From: an uncultured Actinomycetes bacterium
Lineage (GTDB): Bacteria; Actinomycetota; UBA4738; HRBIN12
Direction: 5' to 3'
Assembly: GCA_963704725.1 (NCBI GenBank)
Contig: OY969934.1
Coordinates: forward strand, 2,528,001 to 2,592,000
Length of the DNA stretch: 64,000 bases
Position 1 is the stretch's first letter, and the number at the start of each line of letters is the position of its first letter. The notes under the pieces were generated by a model. It saw nothing but the letters and a program-made list of their open reading frames with translations. It was not told the origin of the DNA and made no database searches. Below are positions 1 through 9,691 of this stretch, piece after piece. Position numbers and translations under genes: made by a program.

Positions 1-1
1 C

Positions 2-319
2 GGGATCGAGGCCGAGGACGTCCTGTTCGCCGAGGACGAGGGTGTCGCTCCCTCGCTGATCCTGCTGGATCTCAAGCTGCCCAAGCTCAACGGCCTCGAG
101 GTCCTCCGGGCGATCCGCGAGCACCGTCGGACCGCGACGACCCCCGTGGTCGTGCTCACGTCCTCGATCGAGGAGGAGGACGTCGTCGCCGCGTATCGAC
201 TCGGCGCGAACAGCTACATCCGCAAGCCGGTCGACTTCCATGCGTTCCTGGACGTCGTCCACCAGCTCGGCATGTACTGGCTGATCCTGAACGAGCCCGC
301 ACCGGGACGGCCGGCGTGA
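2..319 (+). CDS. Single-domain response regulator (Rcp1-like), 5'-truncated by the window edge
   Basis: Frame 2 reads [17 protein letters not shown]...[31 protein letters not shown]; its TGA overlaps the GTG of the next gene. Confidence 0.9.
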   Translation, partial: GIEAEDVLFAEDEGVAPSLILLDLKLPKLNGLEVLRAIREHRRTATTPVVVLTSSIEEEDVVAAYRLGANSYIRKPVDFHAFLDVVHQLGMYWLILNEPAPGRPA

Positions 320-1773
320 CCGGCCGCGAGCTCCGGGTCCTGTTCGTGGAGGATCTTGCGGAAGACATGGAGCTCCTCCTGCGCGAGCTGCGGCGGGGCG
401 GATTCGAGCCCGACCACCGGCGGGTGGAGACGGCCGAGGACCTGCGGATCGCTCTCGGGGAGCCGTGGGACGTCGCGATCTGCGACTGGGTCCTGCCCTC
501 GTTCTCGGCCCCCGACGCCATCGCCGTGCTCGAGGAGGCGGAGTTCGACGGCTCGATCCTCGTCGTGTCGGGGTCGATGGGTGAGGAGCACGTCGTCGAC
601 GCGATGCGCGCCGGCGCGCACGACTACGTCGTGAAGGACAACCTGCACCGGCTGGTGCCGGCCATCGTCCGGGAGCTGCGGGAGGCGGAGGACAGGCGGG
701 CCATCCGTCGCGCCGACCGGCAGCTCCGGCTCCAGGCTCTCATCGTCGAGAACATCCACGACGCCGTGGTGGTGGCCGACACCGACGGCAAGATCTTGGA
801 TCTCAACCCGGCCGCCGAGGAGTTGACGGGCCTGGCCCGGGACGACGCGAACGGTCGGCCCGCCGACATCCTGGCCGGACCCGAGTCGGCCGAGGGCCTG
901 CGCGCCAGGATCGATGCGGGGCTCGAGAAGGAGGGACGGTGGTCGGGCGTCGTCCGCACCGCCTACCCGGACGGGAGCGATCGCTACATCGACCTGTCGG
1001 TCGTGCCGCTCCCGCACGACGGAGGCGGCATGCTCGGCTCGGTCGGCGTCAGCCGGGACATCACCGAGCGGATCCTGACGGAGCAGCGGCTGCGCGAGAC
1101 GATCGACGAGCTCCAGCGGACCGATCTCCAGCGCCGTCAGCTCCTGTCGCGCCTCGTCGCGGCGCAGGAGGAGGAGCGGCAGCGGATCGCCGGGGAGATC
1201 CACGACGACCCCGTGCAGCAGCTGTACGCGGCCACGCTGCGGCTCGGCATGCTCGAGGACCGGATGTCCGACCCCGAGGATCGCGAGGCGTTCGAGCACG
1301 TCCAGGACCTCGTGGGCGGGACGATCGGCCGGCTGCGGCGGATGCTGTTCGAGCTGCAGCCCCGTTCCCTCGAGACGGATGGGCTCGGCCATGCCCTGAA
1401 CGAGTACGTCGAGTACGCCAACCAGGAGAACCACGCCAAGTACGTGCTCGAGGACCATCTCACCACGCCGCTCTCGCACGACATCCGGGCGACCGCGTAC
1501 CGCGTGGTCCTCGAGGCGATCTCGAACGTCCGCAAGCACGCGGCCGCAACCCGGGCGGTCGTCACGATCGCCGACCAGGAGGATGGCCTGCTCATCATCG
1601 TCTCCGACGACGGACGAGGCTTCCTCATGGACGACCGGGTCGACCAGCATCAACCGGGCCACCTGGGCCTGCCGGCGATGCGCGAGCGTGTCGAGCTCGC
1701 CGGAGGCCACCTGAACCTCGCGAGCGCGCCGGGCGAGGGCACCACGCTCGAGGTCTGGCTCCCCGCCTCCTAG
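316..1773 (+). CDS. Hybrid REC-PAS-HisKA_3 sensor histidine kinase
   Basis: N-terminal receiver (VLFVED, ICDW, DYVVK), PAS domain, [16 protein letters not shown]-box, [11 protein letters not shown]-box, DDGRGF and GHLGL G-boxes. Confidence 0.92.
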   Translation: MTGRELRVLFVEDLAEDMELLLRELRRGGFEPDHRRVETAEDLRIALGEPWDVAICDWVLPSFSAPDAIAVLEEAEFDGSILVVSGSMGEEHVVDAMRAGAHDYVVKDNLHRLVPAIVRELREAEDRRAIRRADRQLRLQALIVENIHDAVVVADTDGKILDLNPAAEELTGLARDDANGRPADILAGPESAEGLRARIDAGLEKEGRWSGVVRTAYPDGSDRYIDLSVVPLPHDGGGMLGSVGVSRDITERILTEQRLRETIDELQRTDLQRRQLLSRLVAAQEEERQRIAGEIHDDPVQQLYAATLRLGMLEDRMSDPEDREAFEHVQDLVGGTIGRLRRMLFELQPRSLETDGLGHALNEYVEYANQENHAKYVLEDHLTTPLSHDIRATAYRVVLEAISNVRKHAAATRAVVTIADQEDGLLIIVSDDGRGFLMDDRVDQHQPGHLGLPAMRERVELAGGHLNLASAPGEGTTLEVWLPAS

Positions 1774-1800
1774 CGCGATCGGCGCGAACCCGACGATCCG

Positions 1801-3072
1801 ATGGTCGTCGCCCGCTCCGCGGGCCCAAGATGGGGCGTGCCCGATCCCACGCCCTCCACGCCGTCGCCTCCCCTGTGGCTCGACCGGCCTCGCCGGTCGG
1901 TCGTCATCGCCTTCGCCGTGCACGCCTCGGTGGCGGGCTCGCTGGGGCCGCGGCTACCGGCGATCAAGGCGCAGACCCACGTGTCCGACGCCGGCCTGGG
2001 CAGCGCGCTGGTCGCCTTCGCCGCCGGGCTGTTCATCGGTACCCGGCTCGCGGCGTGGCCGATCCGGCGGTTCGGGAGCCGCACCGTCCTGCGGGTCGTC
2101 GTGCCGCTGTTCTGCGCCTCGCTCCTCGGTCCGGCCTCTGCCGGAGGCCTGCCCAGCCTGGTGGCGGCGCTGCTGGTCATGGGGGTGGGCTCGGGCTTCC
2201 TGGACGTGGCGATGAACGCGAACGCCGTGGTGGTGGAGCGCCGGGCCGGCCGGCCGATCATGTCGGGCATCCACGGGGTCTGGAGCTCGGGACTGCTCGC
2301 GACCTCGGGCGTCGCGGCCCTGGCGGCGGCGCTCGACGCGTCCCCCAGGGTGCACTTCGCCGTCGTGGGCGCCGTCGTCGCGGCGGCGAGCGCGCTCCCC
2401 CTGCGCGGGCTCCTCGGTCCCGAGGCCGAGGAGCGCCCCGGCGACGCCGTGGCGGCGCCGGGGCGGGGCGGACCGGCGTTGGCATGGTCGGCCGTCCTGC
2501 CGCTCGGCCTCATCGGGTTCTGCTCGTTCCTCGGCGAGGGGGCCACCCACGACTGGAGCGCGGTGTACCTGCGCGATTCCCTCGACGCATCGCCGGCGGT
2601 GGCGGCGATCGGCGTCTTCGGGTTCGCGCTCGGCATGACCGTGTCGCGGTTCGTCGCCGATCGCCTGGTCGTGCGGTTCGGACCCGTCGCCGTGGTCCGG
2701 ACCGGAGGGCTCGTCGCCGGAGCGGGGCTCGCCCTGGGACTGCTCGTCGCCGAACCGGTCGCCGCGATCGCCGGCTTCACCGTGCTCGGGGCGGCCCTCG
2801 CGCCGGTGGTGCCCACGGTCTTCAGCGCCGCGGGCAACGTCCGGGGCGGGGCGGCGGCCCTCGGCTGGGTCGTGACGATCTGCTACGTCGGCGGGATCCT
2901 CGGGCCGGCGCTGATCGGCTACGCGTCCCGCCTCACCAGCCTGCGGGTCGCCCTCGTCATCCCCGCCGCGCTCTCCGTCGTCATCGCCGCGCTGGCCGGC
3001 GGGGCCTCGGTGGCGGGCGAGGCGACGACCGTGGGGGGTGTCGCCGCCCCGCCCGCCGAGGGGCCCTGGTAG
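1801..3072 (+). CDS. MFS transporter (start may be GTG at 1837)
   Basis: About 12 hydrophobic segments; DVAMNANA, IMSGIHGVWS and EGATHDWSAVYL motifs. Confidence 0.88.
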   Translation: MVVARSAGPRWGVPDPTPSTPSPPLWLDRPRRSVVIAFAVHASVAGSLGPRLPAIKAQTHVSDAGLGSALVAFAAGLFIGTRLAAWPIRRFGSRTVLRVVVPLFCASLLGPASAGGLPSLVAALLVMGVGSGFLDVAMNANAVVVERRAGRPIMSGIHGVWSSGLLATSGVAALAAALDASPRVHFAVVGAVVAAASALPLRGLLGPEAEERPGDAVAAPGRGGPALAWSAVLPLGLIGFCSFLGEGATHDWSAVYLRDSLDASPAVAAIGVFGFALGMTVSRFVADRLVVRFGPVAVVRTGGLVAGAGLALGLLVAEPVAAIAGFTVLGAALAPVVPTVFSAAGNVRGGAAALGWVVTICYVGGILGPALIGYASRLTSLRVALVIPAALSVVIAALAGGASVAGEATTVGGVAAPPAEGPW

Positions 3073-3200
3073 CAGAGGCCCGCGCGCGACGGCCGCGGTC
3101 CGGATCGTGATCCTCTCGACCAGCGAGCTCGACGAGTTCAGGCCTGGTCCGCCCGGGCTGGATCGAGCAGCGCGCCCACGGTGGTGAGAGCATTCCAGCC

Positions 3201-3380
3201 GTGGTCAAGCGGATGCGGCGATTCGCGCTCGTGGCGCTCATGATCCTGGCGGCGATCATCGCGCCCGTCGCCCTCCCCATCAGGATGATCGTGGTCCATC
3301 TCCGCCGCGAGACGAGCAGGACCGAGTTCGTCGTTCGCGAGGAGCGGCGGACCGACCTCGAGCTGCCGCAGACGGTCTGA
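3201..3380 (+). CDS. Small (59 aa) single-TM hypothetical protein, below the ORF-track cutoff
   Basis: GTG...TGA reads VVKRMRRFALVALMILAAIIAPVALPIRMIVVHLRRE...; basic N-terminus plus hydrophobic stretch, high GC3. Confidence 0.45.
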   Translation: MVKRMRRFALVALMILAAIIAPVALPIRMIVVHLRRETSRTEFVVREERRTDLELPQTV

Positions 3381-3413
3381 GCCGCTCCTCGCGAACGCCC
3401 GTGTCCGGTTGGG

Positions 3414-4214
3414 CTACGGCGCGTCGATGCCCGTCTGCTGTGAGCCCGGAACGATCGTTACCGCGCTCCGCGTGATCACGACGTCCACCGAAGCCGCGTT
3501 GTTCGAGTCGTTCAGCTCGAGCAGGCGACCGCCCGGGCGCTCCGGGGTGTTGGGATCGGCCACCGTGAGGAGACGGTAGGTGCCGTCGGCGATCATCGTG
3601 ATGTCGATGAACTGGTCGGGCAACGACGACGAGTACGTGTCGCCCATCCCGACCTTCACACCCTGGCGCGCGCTCTGGCCGCAGCTGTGGGACAGGCCCA
3701 TGCCGAAGTTCGGGAGCGTCGAGTTGATCGTGTCAGTGTCGATCATGCAGAAGCTGACCTTCTGGGTCGTGGCGACCACTTGGCCGGTGGATCCGTCCGG
3801 GTTGATCGAGCGGAGCTCGTACCGGGCGAAGTCCTCCATGTGCCAGTGGTTGTGAGCAGGATGGAAGACGAACGTGCCGATGAGCGTCGTCGACACGAGC
3901 GTCATCCGGATGCCGCCCTTCGCCGTCCCCGGGGTGCGCGTGTAGACCTCCTGGAACGCGTTCGTCAGGCCGGTGGTCGAGTCGTTCTCGGGCCGCAGCT
4001 CGAGCGGACCGTCGCCGATGTTGCCGATCGTGTTGGAGAAGAACAGGCGTCGGGTGGACGTGCCCTTGCTCCGCTGGAGGTGGACGCTCGAGGGCGGCCG
4101 CGTGATGAGATCCGGGTAGTACGGATCGCCCGGCTGTACGGCCGAGGCCGGCATCTGCAGGGCCAGCGCCACCAGACACGCGGCGGCGAGCAGCAACTTG
4201 ACGCGATTCAGCAT
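3414..4214 (-). CDS. Secreted lysyl oxidase family protein
   Basis: Signal peptide MLNRVKLLLAAAC...; copper motif HPAHNHWH; QKVSFCMID (LTQ Lys position), GDTY (LTQ Tyr position), QFIDIT, ELNDSNN. Confidence 0.85.
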   Translation of the reverse strand: MLNRVKLLLAAACLVALALQMPASAVQPGDPYYPDLITRPPSSVHLQRSKGTSTRRLFFSNTIGNIGDGPLELRPENDSTTGLTNAFQEVYTRTPGTAKGGIRMTLVSTTLIGTFVFHPAHNHWHMEDFARYELRSINPDGSTGQVVATTQKVSFCMIDTDTINSTLPNFGMGLSHSCGQSARQGVKVGMGDTYSSSLPDQFIDITMIADGTYRLLTVADPNTPERPGGRLLELNDSNNAASVDVVITRSAVTIVPGSQQTGIDAP

Positions 4215-4376
4215 CGAGGTCCCTTCTCTTGCTGTCGGCCGCGACCGATCGGACGAGCTCCCGGTTCGCGGCCGTCTCCCCCACCGGGCCTCGTGCGCCG
4301 CGAACGCTACCGCATCGCCCTCTCCGGTGGAACCATCCCGGGCGGCCGGTGGGGATTCCCCCAACGGTCCCGATCG

Positions 4377-4640
4377 CTACGCCGCGGGCTGGGGGCCCGG
4401 CTCGGGGGCGTCGTCGCCCACGCTGATCCTCTTGATCACGCCGACGATCCCGCCGTGGTTCGCCAGCCACGTGAACAGCGCCGGCACGACCGCCACGGTG
4501 CCGGCGACGACCTTCAGCCACACCCCGGTCACCGGGACGCCGAACGCCTCCAGGATCGAGACCACGACCAACGCGCCGCCGCCGAGGGCCCCGGCACCGG
4601 TCTCCGCCGGCCTCCGCTTGACGATCTCCCCTGCCTTCAT
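4377..4640 (-). CDS. Small two-TM membrane protein (holin-like topology)
   Basis: 87 aa, AGGGGAGGG RBS upstream, two hydrophobic helices. Confidence 0.6.
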   Translation of the reverse strand: MKAGEIVKRRPAETGAGALGGGALVVVSILEAFGVPVTGVWLKVVAGTVAVVPALFTWLANHGGIVGVIKRISVGDDAPEPGPQPAA

Positions 4641-4865
4641 CTCGGATCCCTCCCCTCGTCCGCGAGGTCCATCGAGCGAGCGTGCTCGTCCCGCGACGCC
4701 GCGGCGAGGGCGCTCGTCACCTCCGGGCGGTGACGGCGGTCACCCCGCGCCGCACGGCGCGCATGAGCCGGGGCACTTGCCATAGGGTCGTCGTGAACCC
4801 GGGACGGCCCGGGGCGGCTCGGGAGCGTCGCTCGCGATGGACGGCGCTCCGGAAGGGAGGGGGTC

Positions 4866-6524
4866 GTGCGGAGGATCGCGGTATCCGCGTCGCTGGTGGG
4901 GTTGATGGTCCTGCTCGGCGTTCCCGCCGTGCAGGCCGGCGCCGACGCCGGCAGGACGCGGACCTACGTCGTGAAGTACGAGGCCGGAGCGAGCCTGGTC
5001 CGGGCCCGGGCCGCCGTTCGTGCGGCGGGCGGGACGATCGTCCGCGAGAACGCGAGGGTCGGCGTGGCCACCGTCCGGTCGAGCAACACCCGCTTCATCC
5101 TCGACGCGGCGGCGCAGCCGGCGCTCGTCGGCGCCGCAAGGAACGTCCCCATCGGGAACGCCGGGCCCGGCAGCGTTCGGCCGGCGTGGGATCGGCTCGA
5201 GCGCGGCGGCCCCGTCGGCGACCGCAGGCCCACGCACGCCGACGTGGCATCGAGCGAGCCGCTCTCCTCGCTCCAGTGGGACATGGCGATGATCGGTGCT
5301 ACGGATGCCGGGTCGTACGCCGTGCAGCAGGGCGACCCCCGCGTCCTCGTCGCCTCGATGGACACCGGGGTCGACGCCACCCACCCGGACATCGCGCCGA
5401 ACTTCGACGCGTCGCTCTCCCGCAACTTCACCACCGACATCCCCTTGATCGACGGACCCTGCGAGGACGAGCCCGACGCGTCCTGCAGCGACCCGGCCGA
5501 CGTCGACGAGAACGGCCACGGCACGCACACGTCGGGCACGATGGCGGCCGCCCTGAACGGCGCCGGCATCTCGGGCGTCGCGCCCGGCGTGACCCTGATC
5601 AACGTCCGGGTCGGCCAGGACTCGGGCTACTTCTTCCTCCAGCCCTTCGTCGACGGGCTCACGTACGCGGCGGACATCGGCGTCGACGTGGTGAACATGA
5701 GCTTCTTCATCGACCCCTGGTGGATGAACTGCCCGAGCAACCCGGCGGACTCCCCCGAGGAGCAGGTGGAGCAGCAGACCATCATCGCCTCGGTCACCGC
5801 GACGCTGAACTACGCGCACAAGCACTCGGTCACGGTGGTGGCCTCCGCGGGGAACGAGGTGACCGATCTCGGAGCGCCGACGACCGACACGATCAGCCCG
5901 GACTACCCGCCCGGGGTGGAGCGGACCCGGACGGTCGACAACTCGTGCGTGGTCCTGCCTTCGGAGGGCCGGAACGTCGTCACCACGTCGGCGGTCGGCC
6001 CAAGCGGTCGCAAGTCCTACTACTCCAACTGGGGCCTGCCCGAGATCGACGTCGCGGCTCCCGGCGGCGACCGCCTCGAGTTCTTCGGCACGCCTCAGTT
6101 CAACGCCCCGGAGAATCGGGTGCTGTCGAGCTACCCGCTCACCGTGGCTGCGGGCGGCGGCCTGGTCGACCCGTCGACGTGCACGTCGCTGAACCCGCTG
6201 ATCGTGACGGACACGTCGAGCGGCCAGTGCGCCGTATACGCCTGGCTGCAGGGAACGTCGATGGCGTCGCCGCACGCCGCGGGGGTGGCCGCGCTGATCG
6301 TCAGCCAGTTCGGCGCGGTGGGGGCCGGCGGCGGACTCACCATGCAGCCGAGCAGGGTACAAGCTCGGCTCCAGTCCACCGCGACCGACCACGCCTGCCC
6401 CAACCCGAGGCTGTTCGTGTACCCCAGCTCGCCGGGCACCTTCGACGCGTACTGCGACGGAGGCAAGTCGGTGAACGGCTTCTACGGCAACGGCATCGTG
6501 AACGCGTTCGCCGCGGTGAGCTGA
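4866..6524 (+). CDS. Secreted S8 (subtilisin-like) serine peptidase
   Basis: Signal peptide and prodomain; MDTGVD, HGTHTSG, SAGN and QGTSMASPH catalytic motifs. Confidence 0.95.
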   Translation: MRRIAVSASLVGLMVLLGVPAVQAGADAGRTRTYVVKYEAGASLVRARAAVRAAGGTIVRENARVGVATVRSSNTRFILDAAAQPALVGAARNVPIGNAGPGSVRPAWDRLERGGPVGDRRPTHADVASSEPLSSLQWDMAMIGATDAGSYAVQQGDPRVLVASMDTGVDATHPDIAPNFDASLSRNFTTDIPLIDGPCEDEPDASCSDPADVDENGHGTHTSGTMAAALNGAGISGVAPGVTLINVRVGQDSGYFFLQPFVDGLTYAADIGVDVVNMSFFIDPWWMNCPSNPADSPEEQVEQQTIIASVTATLNYAHKHSVTVVASAGNEVTDLGAPTTDTISPDYPPGVERTRTVDNSCVVLPSEGRNVVTTSAVGPSGRKSYYSNWGLPEIDVAAPGGDRLEFFGTPQFNAPENRVLSSYPLTVAAGGGLVDPSTCTSLNPLIVTDTSSGQCAVYAWLQGTSMASPHAAGVAALIVSQFGAVGAGGGLTMQPSRVQARLQSTATDHACPNPRLFVYPSSPGTFDAYCDGGKSVNGFYGNGIVNAFAAVS

Positions 6525-6540
6525 GGAGGTTCGTCGCGAG

Positions 6541-6571
6541 GAGGGGCCGCTCCGATCCGGGGCGGCCCCTC
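6541..6571 (+). terminator. GC-rich stem-loop after the S8 peptidase
   Basis: GAGGGGCCGC...GCGGCCCCTC 10-bp inverted repeat, 16 nt after the stop; no U-tract. Confidence 0.55.
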
Positions 6572-6602
6572 CCGCCGTCGCGACGTTGGTAGCGTGGCCC
6601 CG

Positions 6603-7919
6603 ATGGCCACGCGGGTGCCTGCTCGTTCGCGACGGGTCGCGCTCGCGGCCGCGGCGCTCATCGTCCTGGCGGCGTGCACCTCGGGATCGCCGAGCCCGGC
6701 GCCCACCGCCTCCCACGCGCCGTCATCGGGCGGATCACCCACCGGCTCCACCGCCGAGGCGTCGCCGGCGGCGGCGACCTCCGTCGCGGTCGAGGCCCCC
6801 GCCGACGGCTCGCTCCGGGTTCGAGGAACGTACCCCCGCGTCCACTCGAGATGCGTCGACCACGAACGCCGCGTGCTCGAGGCCCGGTACCCCGGCGCCC
6901 TGTCCGTGGAGCGCGCGGACGACGGCACGCTCTCGATCACGGTGACCCTCCCGTTCGAACGCTACCTGGAGGGCATCGCCGAGGTCCCGCCGTCGTGGCC
7001 GCGCGCCGCGCTCGAGGCCCAGGCGGTGGCGGCCCGGAGCTACGCCCTGGCCTCGACCGGCTGGAGCGGTGAGGAGGGCGAGACGCTCCCCACGCCGATC
7101 TGCGCCACGACCTCCTGCCAGGTGTACCGGGGCATGCCCGTCCACGCCGACCCGGTCCTGCACCGGTGGTACGGCGCGGTGCGGCGGACGGCGGGCAGGA
7201 TCCTGGTCTCGGCGAGCCGGCCCGCCGACACGGTGTACTTCTCGACGTCCAACGGCCACACGTACGGCAACGAGGACGTCTTCGGCAGCGCGCCGCTCCC
7301 CTATCTCCGACCCGTGGTCGAGCGCGACGACGGGGCATCGCCGCTGTCGCGCTGGAGCGTGCGGCTGCCCTACGCCGATCTCGCCACGTTCCTGCACGCG
7401 GCAGGCGACTGGCCGGGGTCCCGCGCCGTGTCGAGCGTGGCGCTCGAGGGCTCGACCGTGGTCGTCTCGGGGGCCGGCGTGACCCGGCGGCTCGACCAGA
7501 GCGAGTTCCGCGAAGCGGTGAACGCATGGGCCCCGTGCCTCGCGCCGGACCGGTTCCCGCCGTCTCCCCTGCCGGTGACCGTCCCCTCGCGGTGGATGAC
7601 CATCTCCTCGAGCGCGGACGCCGCGACCGTGACCGGTCGAGGCTGGGGCCACGGCGTGGGGATGGTGCAATGGGGCGCCTACGGCAAGGCGGTCCGCGGC
7701 TGGTCGGCGTCGGACATCCTGGCCTACTACTACGGAGGGCTCCGGCCCCGGCGCTACCCCGAGCCCGGTCTGATCCACGTGCAGGTCGCCACCGGGCTGA
7801 CGTCGCTGCGCCTCGTCCCCTCGGGGCCGGGCGCGACGCTCGACGGCGAACCCCTCGCCCCCGGGACCGTCTCGATCGCGGGCGGTGACGAGCTCACCGT
7901 GGCCATCAGCTCGCGCTGA
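6603..7919 (+). CDS. SpoIID/LytB-domain lipoprotein (lytic transglycosylase-like)
   Basis: Lipobox LAAC; YLEGIAEVPPSWP, ALEAQAVAARSYA, CQVY, GRGWGHGVGMVQWGA, ILAYYY; -10 TAGCGT 7 nt before ATG 6603. Confidence 0.9.
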   Translation: MATRVPARSRRVALAAAALIVLAACTSGSPSPAPTASHAPSSGGSPTGSTAEASPAAATSVAVEAPADGSLRVRGTYPRVHSRCVDHERRVLEARYPGALSVERADDGTLSITVTLPFERYLEGIAEVPPSWPRAALEAQAVAARSYALASTGWSGEEGETLPTPICATTSCQVYRGMPVHADPVLHRWYGAVRRTAGRILVSASRPADTVYFSTSNGHTYGNEDVFGSAPLPYLRPVVERDDGASPLSRWSVRLPYADLATFLHAAGDWPGSRAVSSVALEGSTVVVSGAGVTRRLDQSEFREAVNAWAPCLAPDRFPPSPLPVTVPSRWMTISSSADAATVTGRGWGHGVGMVQWGAYGKAVRGWSASDILAYYYGGLRPRRYPEPGLIHVQVATGLTSLRLVPSGPGATLDGEPLAPGTVSIAGGDELTVAISSR

Positions 7920-7967
7920 ACCAGGGCGACCCGGTCGGGTGCTCCGAGAAGCCGGCCAGCGTCCGCA

Positions 7968-7983
7968 TTCATGGTCTTCTCAT
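7968..7983 (+). promoter_or_regulatory. Tandem YTCAT-N6-CTCAT direct repeat (OmpR/PhoB-type box) upstream of the PepSY gene
   Basis: TTCAT(7968)...CTCAT(7979), 11-bp period; the same motif recurs at 8393. Confidence 0.45.
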
Positions 7984-8031
7984 GACCGGCCGGGCACGCT
8001 GGCGTCCCCGACACGAGAGGGAGTGATCGGC

Positions 8032-8364
8032 ATGGACCGGAAGACCAAGTGGATCGGCGGTGGGGCGATCGCGCTCGCGGTCGTCGGTGCAGGAACGGGC
8101 ATCGCCATCGCCACGGGTGGGGATGACGACGCTCCGCTCACCGGGTCGGCGCTGGAGCGAGTGACCGCGGCCGCGCTCGCCGAGACCGGCGGCGGAACGG
8201 TCACCGAGACCGAGGTCGGCGACGGCGGCGCGGCCTACAGCGTCGAGGTCCGACTCGACGACGGGAGCCGGGTCGAGGTGAGCCTCGACGCACGGTTCAA
8301 CGTGATCGGTCGGACCGCTGACGACGACGGCACCACCGAGGACTCCGGCGCGGGCGAGGACTGA
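8032..8364 (+). CDS. PepSY-domain secreted protein
   Basis: GAGGGAG RBS; signal peptide; AALAETGGGTVTETE...YSVEVRLDDGSRVEVSLD. Confidence 0.8.
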   Translation: MDRKTKWIGGGAIALAVVGAGTGIAIATGGDDDAPLTGSALERVTAAALAETGGGTVTETEVGDGGAAYSVEVRLDDGSRVEVSLDARFNVIGRTADDDGTTEDSGAGED

Positions 8365-8392
8365 TCCCTCCCTCGGACCCTCTGGCACTCGG

Positions 8393-8408
8393 CTCATCTT
8401 CCTCTCAT
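8393..8408 (+). promoter_or_regulatory. Second CTCAT-N6-CTCAT direct repeat
   Basis: CTCAT(8393)...CTCAT(8404), 11-bp period. Confidence 0.45.
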
Positions 8409-8466
8409 CGCTCGCGCCGCATCGTGTGACCGCGATCGCACCCCAACGTCGACAGAAGGAGGTCGT

Positions 8467-9210
8467 GTGGTGAAACGGACCCTCGCAGGGCTCGGCGCCG
8501 CGATCATGCTCGCGCTGGGAGGAATGCCGGCCGGGCTCGCCTCTGCCGGCACGTGCCCCATCCCGCTCCCGCAGGGGGGCGACCCGGTGACGCTGGACCC
8601 CGCGGACTTCGTGGCGGTGATCGACAACCCGTTCCTGCCGTGGCCGGTGGGCGCGAGGTGGATCTACCGGGAGAGCGATCCCGAGGGTAACGCGCAGAAG
8701 GTGAAGGTCACCGTCACGTCGCACGCGAAGGAGATCCTCGGCATCCGGGCCACGGTCGTGCACGACGTCGTGTCCGATCGCGGCGAGCTCGTCGAGAACA
8801 CGTTCGACTGGTACGCGCAGGACCGGTGCGGCAACGTCTGGTACCTCGGCGAGAGGACCAGGGAGTACGAGCACGGCGTCGTGGTCAGCACGGCGGGCTC
8901 GTGGGAGGCCGGGGTCGACGGCGCCCAGCCGGGGGTCGTCATGGCGGCCGATCCTCAGGTGGGCGACGCCTACCGGCAGGAGTTCCTGGCCGGCGAGGCC
9001 GAGGACGAGGCCGCGACCCTGAGCCTGGCCGAGCAGGCCGAGGTCCTGGCCGGGCACTTCGACCACCTGATCCTGAGCAAGGAGTTCACACAGGTCGAGC
9101 CGGACGTGCTCGAGTACAAGCTCTACGCGAGCGGCGTCGGCGTCGTGCTCGCGCTCGGCGTGTCCGGCGGCTCGGACCGCGAGGAGCTCGTCAGCTCCTC
9201 GCTGGGCTGA
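8467..9210 (+). CDS. Secreted conserved hypothetical protein
   Basis: AAGGAGG RBS; signal peptide; IDNPFLPW, DWYAQD.CGNVWYLGE, SWEAGVDGA.PG, KLYA.GVG. Confidence 0.85.
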   Translation: MVKRTLAGLGAAIMLALGGMPAGLASAGTCPIPLPQGGDPVTLDPADFVAVIDNPFLPWPVGARWIYRESDPEGNAQKVKVTVTSHAKEILGIRATVVHDVVSDRGELVENTFDWYAQDRCGNVWYLGERTREYEHGVVVSTAGSWEAGVDGAQPGVVMAADPQVGDAYRQEFLAGEAEDEAATLSLAEQAEVLAGHFDHLILSKEFTQVEPDVLEYKLYASGVGVVLALGVSGGSDREELVSSSLG

Positions 9211-9517
9211 CGAACGCGCGGGCCTCCTCCACGAGGGAGCGCCAGCGTCGGGCGGCGGTCGGCGAGACCGCCGCCCACTCCTTCATGGGGTGGCCCTTGC
9301 CGGCGTCGAACCGCGTCGCCAGGCGGGAGGTCACGAGCTCGTCGACGCGGCCCTTCGGCAGCTTCACGACCAGCTCTCCACGCACCAGCATGGCGTAGAT
9401 CTTGCCGCCCATCCGAACGCCCTCGGATCTGCCGAAGCCGGTCCCGCCGGTCACCCGGGGCCGCGCGAGCTCGGCTCGGGCGATGGGCTCCCAGATCTGT
9501 TCCGGTGTTCTCGCCAT
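9191..9517 (-). CDS. TfoX-N/MmcQ-YjbR-like small protein
   Basis: C-terminal part of the 971-aa shadow ORF from MARTPEQ; GTGFG...GGKIYAML...LVVKLP..RV, MKEW; GAGGAGG RBS. Confidence 0.75.
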   Translation of the reverse strand: MARTPEQIWEPIARAELARPRVTGGTGFGRSEGVRMGGKIYAMLVRGELVVKLPKGRVDELVTSRLATRFDAGKGHPMKEWAAVSPTAARRWRSLVEEARAFVSPARS

Positions 9518-9691
9518 GTCGAGCCGTCCTCCTCGGGGACGCGAATGGTAGCGGCCGGGTGCGACACATGCGGCCGACGACGTTTCGAGAGTGTGACGAG
9601 CGGCACCTTCGCGAAGCTCACGCCGCCCTTGAACGCCGGCCGACGGTCGGCACATGATGACGCGCTCGGCCGGGGGAAGGGAGGGACGCAG

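Noticed and set aside
9191-9517. TfoX/YjbR-like gene as part of the Bell-NLR system
   Set aside because: Divergent, common stand-alone family; no shared motif
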